From contig SIRW01000094.1 in the NCBI GenBank assembly GCA_004366205.1, positions 492 through 64,491 of the forward strand: DNA of 64,000 bases, written 5' to 3'. Below are positions 1 through 10,222 of this stretch, piece after piece. The translations under genes and the position numbers were made by a program. The notes beneath the pieces are model-generated. The model did no database searches. It was given only the letters and a program-made list of their open reading frames with translations, and was not told where the DNA came from. The stretch comes from Actinomycetota bacterium (lineage in GTDB: Bacteria > Actinomycetota > Acidimicrobiia > Acidimicrobiales > CADCSY01). Positions within the stretch are counted from its first letter, which is position 1. Every line of letters begins with the position of its first letter.

Positions 1-171
1 GACCACCACCTCGGCGCCGGTCTCGGCGACCAGGTCCGCGACGGCGCGGTGGTCGCGCCGGGTGTCGCCCGTCCGCTCGAGCACGGCGTGGGGCGAGGCG
101 ATCGTGCCGCTCGGGTCGCTCACGGCCACGCCGATGCGGCGGCTGCCGAGGTCGAGGGCGAGCACCCTCAC
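1..171 (-). CDS. ruvX: Holliday-junction resolvase-like nuclease RuvX/YqgF, N-terminal part only (3' end lies left of the window)
   Basis: My reverse-strand translation from GTG at 171 reads VRVLALDLGSRRIGVAVSDPSGTIASPHAVL, a typical YqgF N-terminus. GTGA overlap with the alaS stop (168-171). Missing from the ORF track because it is truncated. Confidence 0.8.
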   Translation of the reverse strand, partial: MRVLALDLGSRRIGVAVSDPSGTIASPHAVLERTGDTRRDHRAVADLVAETGAEVVV

Positions 172-2759
172 GCCCCACCCAGGCCGAGCGTGTGACGTAC
201 CACGGCGATGGCGGCGTCGATGGCGTCGGGGTCGCGGCCCCCGGCGACGGCGAGGTCCTCGGCCTTCGGGTTGCCGCCGCCCCCGACCGCCTTGGCGGCG
301 GCCACCGCGAGCTCGCCGGCGGTGGGCCGGCGTCCCTTGGCGACGGCGCCCACCACCGACACCCGCTCGCCGTCGGGTGAGCCGACGAGCACGACGGTGT
401 GCACGCCCGGCGCGTCGCGGGTGGCGACGGCGAGGTCGCGCAGCTGGTCGGGTCCGAGCCCGTCCCGGCGCGCCACCACCGCGCCGTCGACGGCGGTGGC
501 GGCCAGCAGGCCCGCCTCGTTGCGGGCCTGCGCGCTGCGGAGCGCCTTCAGCTCGTCGTCGAGCTGGCGCTGCCGGGCGAGCAGGCGCTCGACGGCCTCG
601 TAGACCTCGTCGGGACTGGAGCGCAGCAGCTCGGCCACGCGCACGAGCGTGCGCTCCTCGCTGCCGATGCGGGTCAGGCTGGCGGTGCCCGTGACGGCCT
701 CGACCCGGCGCAGGTTGGAGCCGATCGAGCCCTCGCTGACGATCTTCAGCGGGCCGATGCCCCCGAGGGCGTGCTCGTGGGTCCCCCCGCACAGCTCGAG
801 GGACCGGGGCCCGGCCTCGACGACCCGGACGATGTCGCCGTACTTGTCGCCGAAGAACATGAGCGCCCCCATCTCCCGGGCCTCGTCCATCGTGGTCTGG
901 AACGCCCGCACGGGGTGGTTGCTGAGCACCTCGTCGTTGACCAGCTCCTCGACGGCGGCGAGCTCGTCGGGGGTCAGCGGGGCGTGGTGGTTGATGTCGA
1001 AGCGCAGCCGGTCGGGACCCACGTAGGAGCCCTGCTGGCGGACCTGGGTGCCGAGCACCGTGCGCAGGGCGGCGTGCAGCAGGTGGGTGCCGGTGTGGTT
1101 GCGCTGGGTGTGCGCCCGGCGCTCCGCGTCGATCGAGGCCCGCCCGGTGTCGCCGGGCTCGACCTCGCCCTCGACGACCTCGGCGAGGTGCCGGTGCAGC
1201 CCGGCGACGGCGGGGGTGGTGTCGATGATGCGCAGCACGCCCCGGTCGGTGCGCAGGGTGCCGGTGTCGCCGACCTGCCCGCCGCCCTCGGCGTAGAACG
1301 GGGACCGATCGAGGAACACCTCGACCTTGCCGTCGCCCGCGGGGAGCACGGCCAGGACCTCGGCCTCGGCCTCGGCGCGGTCGTAGCCGACGAACTCGGT
1401 CGGCCCGTGGCGGTCGAGCAGCTCGCGGTAGGCGGCGGGATCGGCGGCGACCGGCCCCACCGACCGGCGCGCCGCCTTGGCCCGCCGGCGCTGCTCGGCC
1501 ATGGCGGTCTCGAAGGCCTCGACGTCGACCTCGACGCCGCGCTCGGCCGCGATCTCCTGGGTGACCTCGAGGGGGAAGCCGTAGGTGTCATGCAGCCGGA
1601 ACGCCACGTCACCCCCCAGGCGCCCACCCTCGCCGAGCTCGCCGAGCGCCTCGTCGAGGATCACCGACCCGGTCTTCAGGGTCTCCCGGAAGCGTTCCTC
1701 CTCGCGGCCCACCACCTCGGTGACGAAGCCGGCGCTGGCCGCCAGGTCGGGGTAGGCGTCGCCCATGACCGAGACGGTGGCGGCGACGAGCTCGGGGGTG
1801 ACCGGCTTGTCGACACCGAGGAGGTGGGCGTGGCGCACGGCCCGGCGGATCAGGCGGCGGAGCACGTAGCCCCGGTCCTCGTTGGAGGGGAACACCCCGT
1901 CGCTCACCAGGAACGACACCGCCCGGGCGTGGTCGGTCATGATGCGCAGGCTCACGTCGGTGCGCTCGTCGCGCCCGTAGGGGCAACCGGTGAGCCGCTC
2001 GGCCTCCTCCCGGATGGCCCACATGACGTCGGTGTCGAACACCGAGTCGACGCCCTGGAGCAGCACCAGGTTGCGCTCGAACCCGGCGCCCGTGTCGACG
2101 TTCTTGGTCGGCAGCTCGACGAGCGTGCCGTCGGGCCGGCGCTGGAACTCCATGAACACCAGGTTCCAGAACTCGAGGAACCGCTCCTCGCTGCCGTGGG
2201 CGGGGCCGCCCCCAGCGCCGTGCTCGGCGCCCCGGTCGTAGTAGAGCTCGCTGTTGGGCCCGCACGGGCCCGGCGCGCCCTTCTGCATCTCCCAGAAGTT
2301 GTCCTCGTCGCCCCGGCGCTGCACCCGCTCCGGGGGTAGGCCAACGGCGTCGATCCACAGCTGCTCGGCCTCGTCGTCGTCGTCGTGGACCGTCGCCCAG
2401 ATGCGGTCCCCGTCGTAGCCGAGCACCTCGACGGCGAGCTTCCAGGCCAGGCGGATGGCGCCCTCCTTGAAGTAGTCGCCGAAGCTGAAGTTGCCGAGCA
2501 TCTCGAAGAACGTGCAGTGCCGGGTGGTGGTGCCGACGACGTCGATGTCGGCGGTGCGCACGCACTTCTGCACCGACGCCGCCCGGGGGTAGGGCGCGGG
2601 CTCCTCGCCCAGGAAGTAGGGGACGAACTGGTTCATCCCGGCGTTGGTGAACAGGGGCGCGGTCGGGTGGTGCGGGATCAGGCTCGAGGACGGCACCACG
2701 GTGTGGTCCCGCTCCTCGAAGAAGCCCAGGAAGGCCCGGCGCAGGCGGTCGGCGTCCAT
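168..2759 (-). CDS. alaS: alanine--tRNA ligase
   Basis: 863-aa ORF. N-terminus FLGFFEERDHTVVPSSSLIP...LFTNAGMNQF and the length are classic AlaRS. It sits next to ruvX as in other actinobacteria. Confidence 0.97.
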   Translation of the reverse strand: MDADRLRRAFLGFFEERDHTVVPSSSLIPHHPTAPLFTNAGMNQFVPYFLGEEPAPYPRAASVQKCVRTADIDVVGTTTRHCTFFEMLGNFSFGDYFKEGAIRLAWKLAVEVLGYDGDRIWATVHDDDDEAEQLWIDAVGLPPERVQRRGDEDNFWEMQKGAPGPCGPNSELYYDRGAEHGAGGGPAHGSEERFLEFWNLVFMEFQRRPDGTLVELPTKNVDTGAGFERNLVLLQGVDSVFDTDVMWAIREEAERLTGCPYGRDERTDVSLRIMTDHARAVSFLVSDGVFPSNEDRGYVLRRLIRRAVRHAHLLGVDKPVTPELVAATVSVMGDAYPDLAASAGFVTEVVGREEERFRETLKTGSVILDEALGELGEGGRLGGDVAFRLHDTYGFPLEVTQEIAAERGVEVDVEAFETAMAEQRRRAKAARRSVGPVAADPAAYRELLDRHGPTEFVGYDRAEAEAEVLAVLPAGDGKVEVFLDRSPFYAEGGGQVGDTGTLRTDRGVLRIIDTTPAVAGLHRHLAEVVEGEVEPGDTGRASIDAERRAHTQRNHTGTHLLHAALRTVLGTQVRQQGSYVGPDRLRFDINHHAPLTPDELAAVEELVNDEVLSNHPVRAFQTTMDEAREMGALMFFGDKYGDIVRVVEAGPRSLELCGGTHEHALGGIGPLKIVSEGSIGSNLRRVEAVTGTASLTRIGSEERTLVRVAELLRSSPDEVYEAVERLLARQRQLDDELKALRSAQARNEAGLLAATAVDGAVVARRDGLGPDQLRDLAVATRDAPGVHTVVLVGSPDGERVSVVGAVAKGRRPTAGELAVAAAKAVGGGGNPKAEDLAVAGGRDPDAIDAAIAVVRHTLGLGGA

Positions 2760-2828
2760 CGGACGGCCCAGCCTAGAGGCCCGGGCGTGGTGGGCCGCAG
2801 GCCGGTGCGACCGGCGCGGCGCCCGGGG

Positions 2829-3104
2829 TCACCAGTCGGGGTCGGTCAGGGGGAGCTCGGCGCGGCCACCTCGACGCTCCAGCTCGCCGCGCAGCTCGGC
2901 CTCGCGCTCCCGCATGGCCTCGGCTCCCTCCCGCACCGCCTCTCGGACGTCGCGCCCGAGGTCCCGCAGGGCGCCGGCGAGCTCGGCGCCCACCCGCTCG
3001 GGGGTGTAGCGCTCCACGGTCTCGCGCACGACCCGCATCAGCCAGAACGACACGCCGAACCCGAACCCGGCGCCGATCACCAGCCAGAAGATCCGCTTGA
3101 ACAC
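2829..3104 (-). CDS. small membrane protein with one N-terminal TM helix and a charged coiled tail
   Basis: 91-aa ORF MFKRIFWLVIGAGFGFGVSFWLM... followed by an E/R-rich helix. Sits between alaS and the DUF948 gene. Confidence 0.55.
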   Translation of the reverse strand: MFKRIFWLVIGAGFGFGVSFWLMRVVRETVERYTPERVGAELAGALRDLGRDVREAVREGAEAMREREAELRGELERRGGRAELPLTDPDW

Positions 3105-3118
3105 GGCGGTGCGCTCCC

Positions 3119-3475
3119 CTACCCGCCGCGCCGGAAGCGGCGGACCGCCCGCCCCGTGCCGGCGCTGAAGGCGAGGACCTTGATGACGGGGTTCGACAGG
3201 GCGAGGTAGGCGAGACGGGACGCCGAGTCGACGGTCGCGCCGACCGACTCGGCGGTCACCAGCAGCGCGTCCACGCGCTCGAGCTCGGCGTTGGCCTGGC
3301 GCACGGTGCGGTGCACCTCGGTGACGACGGGCAGGGTCTCGGTGCGCAGCTCGTCGACCGCCTCGCGCAGCGAGCGGAGGGTGCGGCTGAAGCTGAGCAG
3401 GGCGACGACCAGCAGCACCACCGCCACGACGCTGGCGATGGCGACGATGACGGCCGCCAGATCGGTGGCGCTCAC
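3119..3475 (-). CDS. DUF948-like membrane protein
   Basis: 118-aa ORF with an N-terminal TM helix (AAVIVAIASVVAVVLLVVALL) then a long helical region. GTGA overlap with the rarA stop (3472-3475). Confidence 0.6.
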   Translation of the reverse strand: MSATDLAAVIVAIASVVAVVLLVVALLSFSRTLRSLREAVDELRTETLPVVTEVHRTVRQANAELERVDALLVTAESVGATVDSASRLAYLALSNPVIKVLAFSAGTGRAVRRFRRGG

Positions 3476-4851
3476 CGTGGGGACTCCTCGTCTCGGCGTT
3501 CGGTGCGGGCCCGGGTCATGCGCTCGTGCAGCTCCTGCTCGTGGCCGTGGTGCGAGGGCTCGTAGTAGACGCGCCCCTCCACCTCGTCGGGCCGGTGCTG
3601 CTGGTCAACCCAGCCCCTCGGGTCGTCGTGAGGATAGTCGTAGCCCACGCCGTGGCCGAGCGCCGCCGCGCCCTGGTAGTGGGCGTCCCGCAGGTGGGCG
3701 GGCACAGGCCCAGCCGGACGCTCGGCGACGTCGGCCCGGGCCCGCCCGAGCGCGACGGTGACGCGGTTGGACTTCGGGGCGGTCGCCAGGTGCACGACGG
3801 CGTGGGCCAGGTTGAGCTGGGCCTCGGGGAGGCCGACGAGCTCGACGGCCCGGGCGGCGGCGTCGGCGACGAGCAGGCCGGTCGAGTCGGCCATGCCCAC
3901 GTCCTCGGAGGCGAGGATCACGAGGCGGCGGGCGATGAACCGGGCGTCCTCGCCCGCCTCCAGCATGCGGGCGAGCCAGTAGAGCCCGGCGTCGGGGTCC
4001 GAGCCCCGGATCGACTTGATGAACGCCGATACGACGTCGTAGTGCTCGTCACGCCCGTAGCGCAGGGCGCGGGCGTCGAGGGCGGCCTCGGCGTCGGCGA
4101 GGGTGACGTGCGGCGCCTCAGGGTCACCGGGTCCGGTCCCGCCCGCGGCGCGCCGGCCGGCCAGCACCACGGCCACCTCGAGGGCGCCGAGCACGGTGCG
4201 GCCGTCACCGCCCGCCCGGTCCGCCAGGTGGTCGAGGGCGTCGCCCTCGGCCGTGGCCCCCTCGGCCTCCAGACCGCGCTCGAGCAGCGTGCGCACGGCG
4301 CCGCCGTCCAGGGGGTGCAGGCGGAACAGCGTCGAGCGCGACAGCAGCGGCGGGTTCACCTCGAAGTACGGGTTCTCGGTGGTGGCCCCGACCAGCGTGA
4401 TGAGGCCCTCTTCGACCGCGGGCAGCAGGGCGTCCTGCTGGGCCTTGTTGAACCGGTGCACCTCGTCGAGGAACAGGATCGTGCCCTGGCCCCGCTCCCC
4501 CAGGCGCTGACGGGCGCGGGCGATGACCTCCCGCACGTCCCTCACCCCGGCGGTCACGGCCGAGAGCCGCTCGAAGGCCCGGGTCGTAGTGGTGGCGACC
4601 ACCTCGGCCAGGGTCGTCTTGCCCGTCCCGGGAGGCCCCCACAGCACCACCGACGACAGGCGGTCGGCCTCCACCAGCTCCCGCAGCGGCCGGCCCGGGC
4701 CGATCAGGTGCTCCTGGCCGACGATCTCGTCGAGGTTCCGGGGCCGCAGGCGGGCGGCCAGCGGCGCCGTGCGGGCGAGCGCCTCCTCCGCCGCGGCCGC
4801 GAACAGGTCCTCACCCACGCCCGCCGACGCTACCCGTGCACGCCCCGCCAC
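3472..4851 (-). CDS. rarA: replication-associated recombination protein A (AAA+ ATPase)
   Basis: 459 aa with Walker A GPPGTGKTTLA, FLDEVHRFNKAQQD, and a MgsA C-terminal domain (LYWLARMLEAGEDARFIARR). Confidence 0.93.
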   Translation of the reverse strand: MAGRARVASAGVGEDLFAAAAEEALARTAPLAARLRPRNLDEIVGQEHLIGPGRPLRELVEADRLSSVVLWGPPGTGKTTLAEVVATTTTRAFERLSAVTAGVRDVREVIARARQRLGERGQGTILFLDEVHRFNKAQQDALLPAVEEGLITLVGATTENPYFEVNPPLLSRSTLFRLHPLDGGAVRTLLERGLEAEGATAEGDALDHLADRAGGDGRTVLGALEVAVVLAGRRAAGGTGPGDPEAPHVTLADAEAALDARALRYGRDEHYDVVSAFIKSIRGSDPDAGLYWLARMLEAGEDARFIARRLVILASEDVGMADSTGLLVADAAARAVELVGLPEAQLNLAHAVVHLATAPKSNRVTVALGRARADVAERPAGPVPAHLRDAHYQGAAALGHGVGYDYPHDDPRGWVDQQHRPDEVEGRVYYEPSHHGHEQELHERMTRARTERRDEESPR

Positions 4852-4875
4852 CCCCGTTCACCTCGTTGCGGAGGC

Positions 4876-6630
4876 TCAGTCGGGAGGCGGGAGCACCTGG
4901 ATCCAAAGCTCGCGGAGCTGGCGCTCGGTGATGGGCTTGGGCGCCCCGGTGAGGGGGTCGGCGCCGGACTGGGTCTTGGGGAAGGCGATGACCTCGCGGA
5001 TGTTGTCCTCCCCGGCGAGGATCGCCACGAAGCGGTCCAGGCCCACGGCGAAGCCGCCGTGCGGCGGCGCGCCGTAGCGGAAGGCGCCGAGCAGGAACCC
5101 GAAGCGGGTCTCGGCGTCCTCCTCGGAGATGCCCATGGCGCGAAACACCCGGGCCTGCACGTCGGAGCGGTGGATCCGGATGCTGCCGGACCCGAGCTCG
5201 GACCCGTTGAGCACCAGGTCGTACGCCTGCGAGCGCACGGCGAGCGGGTCGGTCTCGAGCAGGTCGAGGTCGTCGGGGTGCACCATCGTGAACGGATGGT
5301 GGGCGGGGATGGGGTTCCCGTCGTCGTCGACGCCGTCGAACATCGGGAAGTCCACGATCCACACGAACCGCAGCGGCCCCTCGCTCACCGGCGGGCGGCC
5401 CAGGTCGAGGCGGAGCTGGCCCAGCACCTCCTGCACCACCCGGCGCTCGTCGGCCACGAGCAGCACCAGGTCGCCGGGCTCGGCCTCGAGGGTGGCGGCG
5501 AGCCGCTGCTGCTCGTCGCCGGACAGGAACTTGGCGACGGGGCTGTCGAACTCGCCTCCTGCACCCACCTTCATCCACACCAGGCCCTTGGCGCCCAGCT
5601 GCTTGGCCCGGTCGGTGAGCCCGTCGAGGCGGTTGCGGCCCCACTCCCCTGCCACGCCCGGCACCCGGATGCCCTTCACGCACGGGGCCTGGAACGCCCG
5701 GAACCCGGTCCCGGCGAACACGTCGGTGAGCTCGACGAGCTCCATGCCGAAGCGCAGGTCGGGCTTGTCGACGCCGAAGCGCTCCATGGCGTCGTGCCAG
5801 GTCAGGCGCTCGATCTCGCCGGGGCGCGCACCGGTGACGGCCTCGGTGGCGTCGAGGACCGCCTCGGTCACGAAGCCGAGCACGTCCTCCTGGCTCACGA
5901 AGCTGGCTTCCAGGTCGAGCTGCATGAACTCGAACTGCCGGTCGGCGCGCAGGTCCTCGTCCCGGAGGCAGCGGGCGATCTGGTAGTAGCGGTCGAAGCC
6001 GCCGACCATCAGGAGCTGCTTGGCCAGCTGCGGGCTCTGGGGCAGCACGTAGAACGACCCGGGCTGCAGTCGGGCGGGGATGACGAACTCCCGGGCGCCT
6101 TCGGGCGTGGGGGTCCACAGCATGGGGGTCTCGATCTCGACGAAGCCCTGCCGGTCCATGGCCCGGCGCAGCGCGGCGTTCACCGTCGCCCGGATCCGGA
6201 GGTTGCGCTGGAGGCGCTCCTGGCGGAGGTCGACGAAGCGGTACCGCAGGCGCAGGGACTCCTCCGCGGCGTCGGCACCCACCTTGTCGACGGGGAACGG
6301 GGGCGGCTCGGCCTCGGCGAGGACCTCCACAGCGCAGTCGCCGACCTCGACCTCACCGGTGGGGAGAGCGGGGTTGGCGGTGCCCTCGGGTCGCTCCCGC
6401 ACGGTGCCGGTGACCCGCACGACGTACTCGCTGCGCAGGTCGGCGGCGCCGTCCACCACGCACTGCACGACGCCGGTGTGGTCGCGCAGGTCGATGAAGG
6501 CGAGGTGCTCGCCGTGCTCTCGGCGCCGGGCGACCCAGCCGCACAGCGCCACCTGCTCGCCCACGTGCTCGGGCCGCAGGTCGCCGCAACGGTGGGTGCG
6601 CATGGCGGTGGTGCCGTCGGGGGGGGTCAT
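4876..6630 (-). CDS. aspS: aspartate--tRNA ligase
   Basis: Real start is the ATG at 6630 (MTPPDGTTAMRTHRCGDLRPEHVGEQVALCGWV...). The upstream ~400 aa of the 984-aa track ORF is out-of-frame read-through of hisS. 584 aa, class II motifs. ATGA overlap with the hisS stop. Confidence 0.93.
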   Translation of the reverse strand: MTPPDGTTAMRTHRCGDLRPEHVGEQVALCGWVARRREHGEHLAFIDLRDHTGVVQCVVDGAADLRSEYVVRVTGTVRERPEGTANPALPTGEVEVGDCAVEVLAEAEPPPFPVDKVGADAAEESLRLRYRFVDLRQERLQRNLRIRATVNAALRRAMDRQGFVEIETPMLWTPTPEGAREFVIPARLQPGSFYVLPQSPQLAKQLLMVGGFDRYYQIARCLRDEDLRADRQFEFMQLDLEASFVSQEDVLGFVTEAVLDATEAVTGARPGEIERLTWHDAMERFGVDKPDLRFGMELVELTDVFAGTGFRAFQAPCVKGIRVPGVAGEWGRNRLDGLTDRAKQLGAKGLVWMKVGAGGEFDSPVAKFLSGDEQQRLAATLEAEPGDLVLLVADERRVVQEVLGQLRLDLGRPPVSEGPLRFVWIVDFPMFDGVDDDGNPIPAHHPFTMVHPDDLDLLETDPLAVRSQAYDLVLNGSELGSGSIRIHRSDVQARVFRAMGISEEDAETRFGFLLGAFRYGAPPHGGFAVGLDRFVAILAGEDNIREVIAFPKTQSGADPLTGAPKPITERQLRELWIQVLPPPD

Positions 6631-7898
6631 CGGGGCTCCTTGTCGAGGGCGGCGCGGACCTCGGCGACCACGTCGGCCCGGGCGATGGTGCGCTGCTCGC
6701 TGGTGGCCAGGTCGCGCAGGGTGACGGTGGAGGAGGCGGCCTCCTGCTCGCCCACGATGAGCGCCACGCGGGCTCCCGAACGGCCGGCGGCCTTCATCTG
6801 GGCCTTCATCGACCGGTCGTCGAAGCCCCGGTCGGCGGCCACGCCGGCCTCCCGCAGCTCGTGGGTCAGGGCGCGGGCGGCGGCCCCCCCGGTGACGTCG
6901 ATCACCCAGGCGTCCACGCGGGCGTCCCCCACGGTGAAGGTCGCCTCGGCGTCGCAGGCGAGCAGGACCCGTTCGATGCCGATCCCGAAGCCGATGCCCG
7001 GCGTGGGCGGGCCGCCGAGGGCCTCGACGAGGCCGTCGTAGCGGCCGCCGCCGCCGAGGGCGTTCTGGGCGGCGTCCAGGGCCGAGGACTGGATCTCGAA
7101 GGTGGTGTGCGTGTAGTAGTCGAGCCCCCGAACGAGCCTGGGCTCGAGCGCGAACGGCACGCCCAGGTCCGAGAGCCCGGCTTGGACCCGGCTGAAGTGC
7201 CCCGTGGCGCTCGGGGTGAGGTGGTCGCTGATGCGGGGCGCCTCGCGGGTGACCGCCCGCGTGGCGGCGCGCTTGCTGTCGAGCACCCGCATGGGGTGGT
7301 CGTCGACCTTCTCGCGATCCTCGGGGGCCAGCTCGGCGCGGCGGCCGCGGAGGAAGGCTCGCAGGTCCTCGACGTAGGCCGCCCGGCTCTCGGGGTCGCC
7401 CATCGAGTTGAGCAGGAGGATCGTGCGCTGCAGGCCCAGGCCGGCGAGGAACCGCCAGGCGAGGGCGACCACCTCGACGTCGACGTCGGGGTCGGCCGAG
7501 CCGATGGCCTCCACGCCGAGCTGGTGGTGCTGGCGGTAGCGGCCCGCCTGGGGGCGCTCGTAGCGGAAGCCGGGCGCGGCGTACCAGACCTTCCACGGCA
7601 CCGGCGGGCGGTGCTGCACGAAGGCCCGCACGACCGGCGCGGTTCCCTCGGGGCGCAGGGCGAGGCGACGGCCGCCTTTGTCCTCGAACTCGTACATCTC
7701 CTTGCGGACGATGTCGGTGCCCTCCCCGACCCGGCGGAACACCTCGACGTCCTCGAACACGGGGTTGACGACCAGCCCGTACCCCGCCCGTCCGGCCGCG
7801 GCGGCGAAGCGGGCGATCAGCGACGCCCACCGCCCCGACTGCGGCGGGAGGACGTCGTGGGTGCCCGTGGGCGCCTTGTACGACGGAGGACCGGCCAT
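6627..7898 (-). CDS. hisS: histidine--tRNA ligase
   Basis: MAGPPSYKAPTGTHDVLPP... from the ATG at 7898, about 423 aa. HisRS motifs present (RPEGTAPVVR, YERPQAGRYRQHHQ). Confidence 0.93.
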   Translation of the reverse strand: MAGPPSYKAPTGTHDVLPPQSGRWASLIARFAAAAGRAGYGLVVNPVFEDVEVFRRVGEGTDIVRKEMYEFEDKGGRRLALRPEGTAPVVRAFVQHRPPVPWKVWYAAPGFRYERPQAGRYRQHHQLGVEAIGSADPDVDVEVVALAWRFLAGLGLQRTILLLNSMGDPESRAAYVEDLRAFLRGRRAELAPEDREKVDDHPMRVLDSKRAATRAVTREAPRISDHLTPSATGHFSRVQAGLSDLGVPFALEPRLVRGLDYYTHTTFEIQSSALDAAQNALGGGGRYDGLVEALGGPPTPGIGFGIGIERVLLACDAEATFTVGDARVDAWVIDVTGGAAARALTHELREAGVAADRGFDDRSMKAQMKAAGRSGARVALIVGEQEAASSTVTLRDLATSEQRTIARADVVAEVRAALDKEPR

Positions 7899-7947
7899 CG
7901 GGCGCAGGCTAGTGGCCGGCCCGCCCGGCTCCCGAAGCGGTATCAGG

Positions 7948-10179
7948 TCACGGGCCGTTGCGGCGGGCGGGCCCGCCACCGGGCAGCACACGATATGCGT
8001 CGTAGACGCTGTCGATCTTGCGGATGGTGGAGATCAGGGCGTCGAGGTGCCCGGGGTCGGCCAGCTCGAAGTCGAACCGCATCCGCGACACCCGGTCGGA
8101 CCCCGTGGCGCTGGCGCACGAGAGGATGTTGACGTGGTGGTCGGCCACCGCGGCGGCCACGTCCCGCAAGAGGCGCGAGCGGTCGAGGGCCTTGACCTCG
8201 ATGGACGCCACGAACACGCCCGCGCCGTTGTCGCGGTCCCACTCGACGTCGATGAGGCGGTCGCCCTGGGCGCCGGCGAGGGACACGGCGTTGGCGCAGT
8301 CCGAGCGGTGCACCGACACGCCCCGGCCCCGGGTGATGAAGCCGATGATCTCGTCGCCGGGCACGGGCGTGCAGCACCGCGACAGCCGCACCATGACGTC
8401 GTCGAGGCCCTCGACGTGCACGCCGATGGCGAGCTTGTCCCGCCGGGACCGCCGGGGCTGGCGCACGGTGACCGGGAGCTGCTCCTCGCTGTCGCCCTCC
8501 TGCAGCTCGCGGGCGATCCGCTGGGCGACGGCCTTGGCCGACACGTGGCCCTCGCCGATGGCGGCGTGCAGGGCGTCGACGTCGACGTAGTTCATGGCCG
8601 CGGCGACGTCCTCGATGGGCTTGGTGCTCAGCTTCTGCACCGGCAGTCCCTCGCGCCGCAACGCCTTGGTGAGCTCCTCGCGGCCCGTCTCCCGGGCGTC
8701 CTCGCGGCGCTCCCGGCTGAACCAGTGGCGGATCTTGTTGCGGGCCCGCGGGGTGGCGACGATCTGCAGCCAGTCCTGGGAGGGACCGGCGCCCTCGACC
8801 TTCGAGGTGAAGATCTCGACGGTGTCCCCCGAGGCGAGCTGCGAGTCGAGCGGCACCAGCCGTCCGTTCACCCGGGCGCCGATGCAGGCGTGACCGACCT
8901 CGGTGTGGATGGCGTAGGCGAAGTCGATCGGCGTGGCGCCCACGGGCAGGGCGATGACCTTGCCCTTGGGGGTGAAGACGAAGACCTCGTCCTGCTCGAG
9001 GTCCGCCTTCAGGGCGGCCATGAACTCGTCGGGGTCGCTGGTCTCGGATTGCCAGTCGACGATCCGCTGCAGCCACCCGACGTCGGAGGAGGACTGCTCC
9101 TTCTCCTTGTAGGACCAGTGGGCGGCGATGCCGAACTCGGCGCGCCGGTGCATCTCTTGGGTGCGGATCTGCACCTCGAGGGGCTTGCCCTGCGGCCCCA
9201 CCACCGTCGTGTGCAACGACTGGTAGTTGTTGAACTTCGGCATCGCCACGTAGTCCTTGAACCGGCCGGGCACGGGCTTCCACATGGCGTGGATCGCCCC
9301 CAGCGCGGCGTAGCAGTCGGCGTCGCGCTCGACGATGACGCGGATGCCGACCAGGTCGAAGATGTCGTCGAACTCGCGGCCCTTGACGACCATCTTCTCG
9401 TAGATGCTCCAGAGGTGCTTGGGCCGGCCCGTCACCTCGGCGGGCACCCGCAGCTGGGCTAGGCGCTCACGGACGGCCTCGATCACCTGGGTGAGGTAGA
9501 TGTCGCGCTCGGGGCTGCGGGCCGACACCATCGTCTCGATCTCGGCGTAGCGCTTGGGGTGCTGCACGGCGAAGGCCAGGTCCTCGAGCTGGCACTTCAT
9601 CTCCTGCATCCCCAGCCGGTGGGCGAGGGGCGCGTAGATCTCGAGCGTCTCGAGGGCGATGCGCCGCTGCTTCCACTCGGGCAGGGCGGCGATGGTGCGC
9701 ATGTTGTGCAGGCGGTCGGCGAGCTTGATCAACAGGACCCGGAGGTCCTTGGCCATGGCGACCAGCATCTTGCGCATGCTGGCGGCCTGCTGGGCCTCCT
9801 TCGACGTGAAGTTGAGCCGGTCGAGCTTGGTGACGCCGTCGACGATGTCGGCGACCTCGGCGCCGAACCGCAGCCGCACCTCGTCGAGGGACAGGCCGGT
9901 GTCCTCCACGGCGTCGTGGAGCAGGGCGGCGGCCAGGGTGACGTCGTCGAGGCCGAGCTCGGCGAGGATCAGGGCGACGGCGATCGGGTGCTCGATGTAG
10001 GGCTCGCCGGAGTTGCGCGCCTGGCCTTCGTGCGCCTCGGCGGCCACGGTGTAGGCGTCGACGATCAGGCTGTGGGGTGCCCGAGGGTGGCGCGCCCGGT
10101 ACAGGGCGAGCAGCGGCGCCAGCTCCTCCGCCGGCGCGCTGTGGCGCCGCCACGGCAGGACGCGGTCGACCGTCGGCAC
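7948..10179 (-). CDS. relA: bifunctional (p)ppGpp synthetase/hydrolase, RelA/SpoT family
   Basis: 743 aa with HD domain (HPIAVALILAEL...LHDAVEDT), synthetase domain, TGS and ACT regions. GTG start at 10179. Confidence 0.95.
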   Translation of the reverse strand: MPTVDRVLPWRRHSAPAEELAPLLALYRARHPRAPHSLIVDAYTVAAEAHEGQARNSGEPYIEHPIAVALILAELGLDDVTLAAALLHDAVEDTGLSLDEVRLRFGAEVADIVDGVTKLDRLNFTSKEAQQAASMRKMLVAMAKDLRVLLIKLADRLHNMRTIAALPEWKQRRIALETLEIYAPLAHRLGMQEMKCQLEDLAFAVQHPKRYAEIETMVSARSPERDIYLTQVIEAVRERLAQLRVPAEVTGRPKHLWSIYEKMVVKGREFDDIFDLVGIRVIVERDADCYAALGAIHAMWKPVPGRFKDYVAMPKFNNYQSLHTTVVGPQGKPLEVQIRTQEMHRRAEFGIAAHWSYKEKEQSSSDVGWLQRIVDWQSETSDPDEFMAALKADLEQDEVFVFTPKGKVIALPVGATPIDFAYAIHTEVGHACIGARVNGRLVPLDSQLASGDTVEIFTSKVEGAGPSQDWLQIVATPRARNKIRHWFSRERREDARETGREELTKALRREGLPVQKLSTKPIEDVAAAMNYVDVDALHAAIGEGHVSAKAVAQRIARELQEGDSEEQLPVTVRQPRRSRRDKLAIGVHVEGLDDVMVRLSRCCTPVPGDEIIGFITRGRGVSVHRSDCANAVSLAGAQGDRLIDVEWDRDNGAGVFVASIEVKALDRSRLLRDVAAAVADHHVNILSCASATGSDRVSRMRFDFELADPGHLDALISTIRKIDSVYDAYRVLPGGGPARRNGP

Positions 10180-10222
10180 GCTCTCACGCTACCGGTGCGG
10201 GAGACCGCCCGCGGGGCCGGGC

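Noticed and set aside
3526-7041. 1171-aa plus-strand ORF spanning rarA, aspS and hisS (similar cases: 399-2339, 8018-9462, 10077-11753, 18823-21279, 32190-34550, 40637-44044, 43633-47775 at 1380 aa)
   Set aside because: These lie antisense to genes with unmistakable homology. Their translations are G/A/R/D/E/V/H/L-rich low complexity with no motifs. Long open antisense frames are expected at this GC content.
6631-7830. N-terminal 400 aa of the 984-aa 'AspRS' track ORF, and the analogous long extensions of tgt (to 14024), thrS (to 34496), purE (to 63133), ruvA (to 16122) and the CNNM gene (to 49784)
   Set aside because: These are out-of-frame read-through of the upstream gene on the same strand. 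Homology and start/stop-overlap logic place the real starts much further downstream.
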